This document shows, in pieces, positions 27,382-35,129 of a stretch of 64,000 nt of DNA. The DNA is taken from NCBI GenBank assembly GCA_041650795.1, contig JBAZKK010000001.1, positions 10,608-74,607 on the forward strand. The letters run 5' to 3'. A program made the position numbers and the translations under genes. The stretch is from Candidatus Omnitrophota bacterium. Its GTDB lineage: Bacteria; Omnitrophota; Gorgyraeia; Gygaellales; Profunditerraquicolaceae. The number at the start of each line of letters is the position of its first letter. Within the stretch, counting starts at the first letter, position 1. The notes below the pieces were generated by a model. It did no database searches and had not been told where the DNA came from. It was given only the letters and a program-made list of their open reading frames with translations.

Positions 27382-29343
27382 ATGTCTGGCGATAATTATA
27401 CAGAATTAAGCAATATAAATAATCGGATTCGCATTCCTTTGAGGGGGCATATAGATTTGACCTATCGTTGTAATAACAGTTGTCTGCATTGTTGGACGCA
27501 GGTCCCTCCATCTGCTGAAAAGAAAAATAAAGAATTATCCTTTAACGAATTTAAGGAAATAATAGAAGAGGCAAAATCCATGGGTTGCCATCAGTGGTCT
27601 ATCTCTGGGGGCGAGCCGATGTTAAGAGGAGATTTCTTAGAGCTCTTTGATTATATGACGCGAAATTCAACATCTTACTCTATTAACACGAACGGTAATT
27701 TTATAACCCCTAAGATCGCTAGGTTGATGAGAAGAAAAGGCAGGAAGATGGTAGTTTTATATGGCTCTACTGCTGCGGTCCACGACCATATAACGCGCAA
27801 TCCCGGCTCATTCGAAGCGGCATTGCGCGGCATTGGATATCTCAAAGAGGCAGGAGCGGGTTTTATTGTTCAGCTCGTTCTCATGAAGGACAACCACCAT
27901 GACTTCGGCAATATGGTTAGATTAGCGCAATCCCTGAGTCAAAACTACCGGGTCGGCGCGCCATGGCTGTTTCTTTCTGCTTGCGGTAACCGCCAGGTAA
28001 ATTGTCGAATAAAACGTCAAAGGCTCAAGCCCCAAGAGGTAATAGCGCTGGATGAGCCGGATTTATCTTACGAAGATTGGATGCATGAACATTATAAGGA
28101 GCTGCTCCGTAGGCCAGCGAAAGAGGAGTATTTATTTTCGGCCTGCATCAAGAATCGCCAGGAATTTCATATTGACCCTTATGGTGGAATGACCTTTTGC
28201 AATTTCATTAAAGCCTCTTATATGCGCTATGATTTAAGAAAAGGTAACTTTAAAGAAGGATGGGAGGTTTTTATCCCGTCCTTAGCCAAGGGTATTAAGG
28301 TCAATAAAGAGTATCAGGAGAATTGCGGCAACTGTGCATTACGTAAAGACTGCCGCTGGTGCGCGGTTTACGGGTATTTAGAACATCGTCGTTTTAGCGC
28401 TAGAGTTGAGTATCTTTGCGCCATAGCCAGAGAAAACAGGAAATTCAAGGATGGATGGCTTAAGAGTCACCGCAGATATTATAAGATTGCGGGCATAACC
28501 GTTCAGGTTGATTCGGATCTATCCATTCTTGAGAATACCTTCGATCACAAATTTAGACTATTTGAGGTAAACGGCCCATCTGAAGATGTGGTTAGCATAA
28601 GGCACCACTTTTCGCTCCCTGAGTTAAATCCTAAAGATCTCGGGAAAGAATTGTATCGCTTCGCTCCTTGGGTTATCTATCGTAAAGATAACTCTTGGAT
28701 TTATCTTACCGTATCATCAGGTAAACCTTCAAAAAAATCCTTGTGTCAGGTTGCGGTATTCAACCACGACCACAGCAGAGCGAGGATATATCATAATACG
28801 GATAAAACATTCTTAAAAGGCGGGCTGCATTCTTTGACGCTTTTGCCAACGGATCAGCTTTTCTTGTCTCAGATTCTAGCTGATCGAGGCGGTTTTATCT
28901 TGCATTCCTGCGGCATAAAGTTTGACGCTAAGGGTTTACTTTTTGTAGGCCATTCCGGAGCAGGTAAATCTACTATTGCCCGACTTCTTGAAGATAAATC
29001 TGAGATTTTATGCGATGACAGAATTATTGTGCGTGAAGGGCCAGGCGGATTCAAAATTTACGGCACTTGGAACCATGGGGACGTTTCAACGATATCGCCC
29101 AAGTCGGCCCCTTTAAGAGCGATTTTATTTCTGGATAAGGCTAAGGAAAATCTGCTGTTACCGATAGAGGATAAAGGAGATATCGCAAGAAATATTCTTG
29201 CTTGCGTCGTGAGGGCGCTGCCTACTTCATCTTGGTGGGAAAAAACATTGTTGCTGGTGGATAAAGTAGCGCAGGAGATACCCTGTTATATCCTTAAGTT
29301 TGATAAAAGCGGTAAAATAGCGGATAGATTAAGGGGATTATGA
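27382..29343 (+). CDS. radical SAM/SPASM enzyme fused to a C-terminal HPr-kinase-like P-loop domain
   Basis: LTYRCNNSCLHCW (CxxxCxxC) and SPASM CGNCALRKDCRWC. The C-terminal ~290 aa carry LLFVGHSGAGKSTIARLL...LCDDRIIV, like the HprK C-terminal domain. Confidence 0.82.
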   Translation: MSGDNYTELSNINNRIRIPLRGHIDLTYRCNNSCLHCWTQVPPSAEKKNKELSFNEFKEIIEEAKSMGCHQWSISGGEPMLRGDFLELFDYMTRNSTSYSINTNGNFITPKIARLMRRKGRKMVVLYGSTAAVHDHITRNPGSFEAALRGIGYLKEAGAGFIVQLVLMKDNHHDFGNMVRLAQSLSQNYRVGAPWLFLSACGNRQVNCRIKRQRLKPQEVIALDEPDLSYEDWMHEHYKELLRRPAKEEYLFSACIKNRQEFHIDPYGGMTFCNFIKASYMRYDLRKGNFKEGWEVFIPSLAKGIKVNKEYQENCGNCALRKDCRWCAVYGYLEHRRFSARVEYLCAIARENRKFKDGWLKSHRRYYKIAGITVQVDSDLSILENTFDHKFRLFEVNGPSEDVVSIRHHFSLPELNPKDLGKELYRFAPWVIYRKDNSWIYLTVSSGKPSKKSLCQVAVFNHDHSRARIYHNTDKTFLKGGLHSLTLLPTDQLFLSQILADRGGFILHSCGIKFDAKGLLFVGHSGAGKSTIARLLEDKSEILCDDRIIVREGPGGFKIYGTWNHGDVSTISPKSAPLRAILFLDKAKENLLLPIEDKGDIARNILACVVRALPTSSWWEKTLLLVDKVAQEIPCYILKFDKSGKIADRLRGL

Positions 29344-29344
29344 T

Positions 29345-30541
29345 ATGGACAGTCCTTATGTATCTAGATCGACCATAAATAAGGCGAGACTCTGGAAATC
29401 AAATAGGCCTGTTTTAAGGTGGTTAGATATTGAGCTCACCGAGCGTTGTAACAACAATTGCATTCATTGTTATATTAATTTACCTCCTGATGATTCAAAT
29501 GCGATGAAGATGGAGCTTTCAGGGAATGAGCTAAAGCGCATTCTTAAGGAGGCCGCATCTTTGGGGTGTCTAAAGGTGCGTTTTACAGGGGGTGAGCCGT
29601 TTCTGCGCAAAGACTTCGAAGAACTCTATGTTTTTAGCCGTAGGCTGGGGCTGAAAGTCGCGGTATTTACCAACGCTACGTTGTTAACTGAGAAGTTGGC
29701 GGCTGTATTCTCCAGGTTCCCCCCCATGGAAAAGATAGAAGTTAGCGTATACGGAATGAAAAAGTCTAGTTATGAATTCGTGACCAGGGTGCCTGGGTCT
29801 TACGAGGCAGCGAAAAAAGGCATAGGTATCTTATTAGATAAAAAGATTCCGTTTGCTGTAAAGAACACCTTAACCCCTTTTAATAAAAAAGAAGTTTCCA
29901 GATTTGATAATTGGGCCAAATCTATACAGGGGGGGGAGGGAGTCCCATATAATATCTTTTTTAATTTGCATTGCAGGAGAGATGAGCGAAAGAATCGTTT
30001 CATCAGGAAGTTCAGAGTTAGCCCCACGGAAGGGGTTAAATTTTTGATGCGCGATAAAAAGGCATATTCCAAGGCAATTCTTAATTTCTGCTCCAGGTTT
30101 ATTGGCCCGCCGGGAGATCGGCTTTTTTCTTGCGGTTCAGGAAAGGGGATAGGCTGTGTTGATGCTTATGGCAAGTTTCAACCCTGCATGTTGCTGAGGC
30201 ATCCGGATTGCGTTTATGATTTAAAAGGGGGCTCGCTTAAAGATGCGCTAGAAAATTTTTTCCCTAGATTAAGGGAAGCAAAGGCAATGAAATCCGACTA
30301 TCTTAACCGTTGCGCAGAGTGTTTCTTAAAAGACCTCTGCGAGCAGTGTCCGGGCGTGTCCTGGATGGAGCACGGGGTTCTGGATAGGCCCGTTGAGTAT
30401 TTTTGCAACATCGCACATACCCAGGCCAGGGCCATTGGCTTGTTGAATCCCGGAGAGATGGGGTGGGAAGTAAGCGGATGGAGGGAAAGGATTAGTAAAT
30501 GCGTGAAAAAAGGAGGTCGTGATTATGAAAACAAATATTAG
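29345..30541 (+). CDS. radical SAM/SPASM peptide-modifying enzyme (paralog 2)
   Basis: LTERCNNNCIHCY, SPASM CAECFLKDLCEQCPG, and HPDCVYDL and EYFCNIAH motifs shared with the paralogs. Confidence 0.85.
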   Translation: MDSPYVSRSTINKARLWKSNRPVLRWLDIELTERCNNNCIHCYINLPPDDSNAMKMELSGNELKRILKEAASLGCLKVRFTGGEPFLRKDFEELYVFSRRLGLKVAVFTNATLLTEKLAAVFSRFPPMEKIEVSVYGMKKSSYEFVTRVPGSYEAAKKGIGILLDKKIPFAVKNTLTPFNKKEVSRFDNWAKSIQGGEGVPYNIFFNLHCRRDERKNRFIRKFRVSPTEGVKFLMRDKKAYSKAILNFCSRFIGPPGDRLFSCGSGKGIGCVDAYGKFQPCMLLRHPDCVYDLKGGSLKDALENFFPRLREAKAMKSDYLNRCAECFLKDLCEQCPGVSWMEHGVLDRPVEYFCNIAHTQARAIGLLNPGEMGWEVSGWRERISKCVKKGGRDYENKY

Positions 30542-30827
30542 TATTGATAAAATTTATGTGCCTTCAAAGGATGTAGTCTCCAGGGAAGTGCAGGGTGAAT
30601 TTATCCTTATCCCTATCGTATCCGGAATGGATAAAAACAAAGAAGCGATATTTACCCTTAATGAAACCGGGAGATTAATCTGGGACAAACTGGCCAAAAA
30701 GAAGAGTATTAGAAAGATCGTATCTGAGCTATCTTTAGAGTTTGCTAGTCCTGCTAGGAAGATTCAAGAGAATGTGTTAGGGTTTCTTAAAGAACTCCTC
30801 AAGAGAAAGATGATAGTTTCATCTTAA
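30525..30827 (+). CDS. PqqD-family protein (stand-alone RiPP recognition element)
   Basis: About 100 aa with the pattern ...VVSREVQGEFILIP...IFTLNETGRLIWDKL...IRKIVSELSLEF...VLGFLKELLKRKMI, typical of PqqD. AGGAGG lies 8 nt before ATG 30525. Confidence 0.72.
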   Translation: MKTNISIDKIYVPSKDVVSREVQGEFILIPIVSGMDKNKEAIFTLNETGRLIWDKLAKKKSIRKIVSELSLEFASPARKIQENVLGFLKELLKRKMIVSS

Positions 30828-30845
30828 GGGCTACCCCTTAATTAA

Positions 30846-31889
30846 ATGCCTTGCCATAAACTTCGGTACAAGGAATTTTGTAGCCAGGTTAATAATTATC
30901 TTCCTTGCTGCGATACTAAAGAGAGGGTAAGGGCGCATCATCAACCGCTTTTTTTAAGAACTATTGATACGCCAGGGGTCATGCTACAGCTTTTTGAATT
31001 TAAAGAAACAATGATAAGAAGAAATATAGTCAAATTCTATGCTAAAGGGATTTGTATGTATCCTGCCGTACGGCCCGGAGATATCTTGCATCTAGAATGC
31101 AAAAAAATAGATGATATAAAGGTAGGAGATATCGCGGTTTATCGGCGCAATAATAATTTATTTGGCCACCGCGTTATTAATAAGGGATGTCAGGAAGGGG
31201 CAGCGTATCTTATAGTCAGCCCCGATAATTCAGGGGATGGTAGCGAAGGGCCGATTTTTAGCGATGATATTGCGGGTGTAATAGTCAACATTGAAAGAAA
31301 AAGAAGCAGCCGGGTAAATGTCGAATTTATAATTTTAATGAAAATTAAAAAATTTCTGAGCAAAAATTTTATTTATCCTATGGCGTTTATGCAATCTTCT
31401 TTACTCTATAAGCAAATCGCAAAAATCTTGTCTTTAAAAATAAAGAAAGATTTAACTTTTTCTATCACTATGCCTTTAAAGGGAAATATAAATTCCAGGT
31501 TTCGTAGAGTGGTATCTTCGGACGAGGTTTTTAATTTTAATAGAGATGAAAATTTATTATTAGAGTGGACGCTTGTCTTAAATATCTCTCGTAGGCCGGT
31601 AGCTTCTTTGTCATTTGTGCGCCATCCTAAGGATTGCTGTTTTTCAGGATGGTGGATATCGCAAGGTAAGATAATGAATTTATATCGCGGCAGCATAATA
31701 GAGGAAGAGATATTTAAGAAATCAGAAGAATTATTATCGGCCTTGGGGGCACAAGATGTCTCGGTAAGCATCGCCAAGAATGATTATTTAAATAGAATGA
31801 TTTTTGGAGGGTTAGGATTTAAGGCAAAGAGAAGTAACGATCGCCCAAATCCTGATTTTAGTGTGTTGGAGAGAAAGGTTAAAAAATAG
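30846..31889 (+). CDS. signal-peptidase-fold (S26B/S24-like) protein with Cys in the nucleophile position, plus a C-terminal domain of unknown (weakly GNAT-like) type
   Basis: KGICMYPAVRPGDILHL...DIKVGDIAVY...GHRVI...SPDNSGDG aligns with the SipW-type pattern SGSMEP..GD...GD...HR...GDNN. The start is uncertain (alternatives at 30981 and 31011). Confidence 0.55.
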   Translation: MPCHKLRYKEFCSQVNNYLPCCDTKERVRAHHQPLFLRTIDTPGVMLQLFEFKETMIRRNIVKFYAKGICMYPAVRPGDILHLECKKIDDIKVGDIAVYRRNNNLFGHRVINKGCQEGAAYLIVSPDNSGDGSEGPIFSDDIAGVIVNIERKRSSRVNVEFIILMKIKKFLSKNFIYPMAFMQSSLLYKQIAKILSLKIKKDLTFSITMPLKGNINSRFRRVVSSDEVFNFNRDENLLLEWTLVLNISRRPVASLSFVRHPKDCCFSGWWISQGKIMNLYRGSIIEEEIFKKSEELLSALGAQDVSVSIAKNDYLNRMIFGGLGFKAKRSNDRPNPDFSVLERKVKK

Positions 31890-31898
31890 AGATAACAT

Positions 31899-33014
31899 AT
31901 GCAAGAGAGCGCCACATCTAAAATCAATATGCCGAGGTTGGAAATATGGAAGGAGGCAAAAAGAGAGCGAAGGCCGCTTAGCTTTAGCCTAGAGTTCACC
32001 ACGCGTTGCAATAATAACTGCCGTCATTGTTATAATGGTCTTGCTGCCGATGACAAAAGCGCCATAGAAAAAGAGCTGCCTTTGGAGAAAATAAAAAATA
32101 TTGTAGATGAGGCTGTGTCTTTAGGCGTTTTGTGGTGTTTGATCACCGGCGGAGAGCCTCTTTTGAGGAGAGATTTTTTAGAGGTGTATTTGTATTTAAA
32201 GAGAAAAGGTCTTTTAGTTTCAGTATTTACTAACGCCAACCTTATCACTAAAAGGCATGTCAATATTTTTAAAAGATACCCCCCGCGGGATATAGAGGTA
32301 ACAGTATACGGTGTTACGAAGGAAACTTACGAAAAGATAACCAGGGTATCAGGTTCCTTCAATGCTTTTATGAATGGCGTAAAGCTTCTTTTGGATAACG
32401 GAATCAAGGTGCGTTTCAAGGCAATGGCCTTGCGTTCCAATCTCCATGAATTTTCTCAAATAGCGCGCTTCTGCCGCAAATATACTAAGGACTATTTTCG
32501 TTTTGACCCTTTTTTGCATTTGAGATTTGATATGGATTCATCCCGCAATGCCCAGATTAAATCCGAGAGATTATTGCCTGAAGAGGTTCTTTCCCTGGAA
32601 AGGAGCGACCACAAGCGTTTTAAAGTCATGAAGAGGGTTTCTGATAAAGCAAGGAGGGGGCAGTATTTAAGAACCGGTTGCAATCATCTTTTCCGTTGTG
32701 GGGCGGGGAATAACAATTTCTACGTAAGTTACGATGGAGATTTCCGCCTTTGTTCTTCTCTCTGCCATCCTGATTGTGTTTATAGTTTAAGGACTGGGAA
32801 TTTATCATATGCTTGGCTTAATTTTACCCCGCGTGTTAAAGATATGCGTTCAAATAGAGATGAATTTTTGGATAGATGCAGAGGATGCCGCTTAATAAAA
32901 TTTTGTTTTTGGTGCCCGGCTCGTGCTTATCTTGAAACTGGAGAATTAGATGCGCCCGTGGATTACTATTGCGAGATAGCCCATGCCAGAGCCCATTCTT
33001 TTAACTTTATATAG
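31899..33014 (+). CDS. radical SAM/SPASM peptide-modifying enzyme (paralog 3)
   Basis: FTTRCNNNCRHCY, SPASM CRGCRLIKFCFWCP, plus HPDCVYSL and DYYCEIAH. Confidence 0.85.
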   Translation: MQESATSKINMPRLEIWKEAKRERRPLSFSLEFTTRCNNNCRHCYNGLAADDKSAIEKELPLEKIKNIVDEAVSLGVLWCLITGGEPLLRRDFLEVYLYLKRKGLLVSVFTNANLITKRHVNIFKRYPPRDIEVTVYGVTKETYEKITRVSGSFNAFMNGVKLLLDNGIKVRFKAMALRSNLHEFSQIARFCRKYTKDYFRFDPFLHLRFDMDSSRNAQIKSERLLPEEVLSLERSDHKRFKVMKRVSDKARRGQYLRTGCNHLFRCGAGNNNFYVSYDGDFRLCSSLCHPDCVYSLRTGNLSYAWLNFTPRVKDMRSNRDEFLDRCRGCRLIKFCFWCPARAYLETGELDAPVDYYCEIAHARAHSFNFI

Positions 33015-33103
33015 TAATAAATAGTAAAATAATTCCTGGATTATCCCAAAGGACTCAAACAGGATTTAAGTGCAGAAGGCTATTATAACTGCTATTAAGC
33101 AAT

Positions 33104-33913
33104 ATGGATTGCACAATCAAGGTAACGGGTTTAACAAAGCAATTCTTTCCTTCTAGGGGTATCTATACCGCCCTGTTACATCCCCTTGAAAAGCCAAGGC
33201 CGATTTTAGCAATCGATGACATTACCTTTGAGGTTAAGAAAGGGGAATTCATATATCTGGTTGGTCCAAACGGAGCAGGTAAGACTACACTGATAAAGAT
33301 TATGTCGGTTGCCGTTCTGCCCACAAGCGGCAGAGCGATGGTCAATGGCTATGATGTTGTTAAAGACGAATCTAGGGTAAAGGCTTCCATCGGGTTAATA
33401 AGCGGGGATGAGCGCAGTTTCTATTGGAGGCTGACCATGCGGCAGAATCTGGATTTTTTTGCCGCGCTTTACAATCTTTCTGCAGTACAGGCACGCATAA
33501 AAATAGAAGAATTAGCTAATTTTCTAGATATAACATCTTATCTTGACCGGAGATTCCAGGAATGTTCTACAGGCATAAAGCAGAGACTGGCGATTGCCAG
33601 GGCGCTGCTCAATAATCCCTCTGTTTTATTTATGGACGAACCTACAAAAAGCCTTGACCCCCTGACAGCCAGGAACTTAAGGGATTTTATTAAAGACAGG
33701 TTAGTCAGGGAACAAAAAAAGACCGTTGTTTTTGTTACCCATAATCTTTCAGAGGTAGAGGATTTCGCCGACCGCATAGTTATTATGTATCAAGGGAGGA
33801 TAAAGGCTTGCGGGACAATCCCTGACTTGCGGCAAACCATAAATTCACCTCAGGCCAGCCTGGAAGAATTGTACGGTAAGATTATAAACAGTAATTCCGA
33901 TGCCGTTGCGTAA
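33104..33913 (+). CDS. ABC transporter ATP-binding protein
   Basis: Walker A GPNGAGKTT, signature STGIKQRL, Walker B LFMDEPT. Confidence 0.9.
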   Translation: MDCTIKVTGLTKQFFPSRGIYTALLHPLEKPRPILAIDDITFEVKKGEFIYLVGPNGAGKTTLIKIMSVAVLPTSGRAMVNGYDVVKDESRVKASIGLISGDERSFYWRLTMRQNLDFFAALYNLSAVQARIKIEELANFLDITSYLDRRFQECSTGIKQRLAIARALLNNPSVLFMDEPTKSLDPLTARNLRDFIKDRLVREQKKTVVFVTHNLSEVEDFADRIVIMYQGRIKACGTIPDLRQTINSPQASLEELYGKIINSNSDAVA

Positions 33914-34709
33914 AGTATTCGCCTTCATTAAGAAAGAATTTTTAGTTAAGTCCAGTTACTGGCTGGCATTTATATTCAGCTGGCTAGGTATCCTTGTCTC
34001 AGTTGCGACCTTTTACTTTATCTCTAAGTTGCTTAATCCGGAAAATATTATTTCGGTAAAAGAGTATGGGATAGGGTATTTCCCCTATGTCTTAATCGGG
34101 ATTGCTTTCGCAGGGTACTTTTCGACTGCCATGCATGCTTTTTCCGGGAAAATAAGGCATGAACAAGTTACCGGGACATTAGAGGCGATGCTCGTTACCC
34201 CCACGCGCTTATCCACCATTATTATTTCATTATCCTTGTGGGATTTTATTTTTACTTCTATAAATGCCTTTATCTATTTATTCTTCGGCGCGGTATTCTT
34301 CAAGGTCAGTTTTATGCAGATGAATATCCCGGCTGCCTTAGTGATTCTGATTTTAACGATCGTATCACTTAGCAGCATAGGCATCATCTCGGCCTCTTTT
34401 ATTATGGTTTTTAAAAAAGGCGACCCCATAAGTTGGCTGATGACGATGTCTTCGGGGTTCTTCAGCGGCGTATTCTTCCCGGTAGACATACTGCCGCTAG
34501 GATTACGGGTATTTTCCTATTTCTTTCCCCTTACCTATGCTCTTAGGGGTTTACGCCATGCTATCCTACAGGGATATGCTATCAGGATGCTCATGCCGGA
34601 TATCGCCGCCCTTGCCGTCTTTTGTATTATCCTCGTTCCGTTGAGCATGAAGCTGTTTGGATATGCGGTGAAGCGCGCGAAGATATCGGGGAGCCTTACC
34701 TATTACTGA
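33900..34709 (+). CDS. ABC-2 type transporter permease
   Basis: 269 aa with about six hydrophobic segments. Overlaps the ATPase gene by 14 nt. No C39 peptidase domain. Confidence 0.75.
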   Translation: MPLRKVFAFIKKEFLVKSSYWLAFIFSWLGILVSVATFYFISKLLNPENIISVKEYGIGYFPYVLIGIAFAGYFSTAMHAFSGKIRHEQVTGTLEAMLVTPTRLSTIIISLSLWDFIFTSINAFIYLFFGAVFFKVSFMQMNIPAALVILILTIVSLSSIGIISASFIMVFKKGDPISWLMTMSSGFFSGVFFPVDILPLGLRVFSYFFPLTYALRGLRHAILQGYAIRMLMPDIAALAVFCIILVPLSMKLFGYAVKRAKISGSLTYY

Positions 34710-34753
34710 CCCCTGCCCCCGTGCCCCCGAGAGAATATTTAATAATGAATATA

Positions 34754-34782
34754 TTGACTTACCATAGAAAGTAGCGTATAAT
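34754..34782 (+). promoter_or_regulatory. promoter TTGACT-17-TATAAT for rpsO-pnp
   Basis: TTGACT at 34754-34759, a 17-nt spacer, TATAAT at 34777-34782. AAGGAGG RBS lies downstream. Confidence 0.6.
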
Positions 34783-34811
34783 GTTTAAAAAAATGAAGGA
34801 GGTGAAGCAAG

Positions 34812-35081
34812 TTGGCGTTGGTTAAGGAGCAAAAAAAGCAGCTTATTGATGATTTTAAGGTCCATCCCAGGGATACCGGTTCTCCTGAGGTGCAGATTGC
34901 ATTGCTTACGAGCAGGATCAATAACCTGGGAGGCCATTTCAAAAATCATAAGAAGGATTTTCATTCCCGCCGCGGTCTCTTAATACTGGTAGGAAGAAGG
35001 CGCAGGCTTTTGGATTATCTCAAGACCAAAGACATCAAGAAGTATGAGGGTGTCCTGGAGAAACTCGACCTGAGGAAATAA
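34812..35081 (+). CDS. rpsO: 30S ribosomal protein S15
   Basis: 89 aa. [13 protein letters not shown] and [12 protein letters not shown] motifs. TTG start lies 9 nt after AAGGAGG. Confidence 0.92.
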   Translation: MALVKEQKKQLIDDFKVHPRDTGSPEVQIALLTSRINNLGGHFKNHKKDFHSRRGLLILVGRRRRLLDYLKTKDIKKYEGVLEKLDLRK

Positions 35082-35129
35082 GAACTTTCCGCTATTATCC
35101 TTATAAAATCATAACAATGAGGGGGAATA

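Noticed and set aside
23860-34709. Interpretation of the cluster as a lasso peptide locus
   Set aside because: PqqD, HprK-like and NTP_transf_5 components plus a (Y/W)xxPxL leader suggested it. However, the window contains no asparagine-synthetase-like cyclase or transglutaminase-like B2 protease. The core also lacks the usual Gly/Ala1...Asp/Glu7-9 macrolactam pattern, and three rSAM/SPASM enzymes dominate instead.
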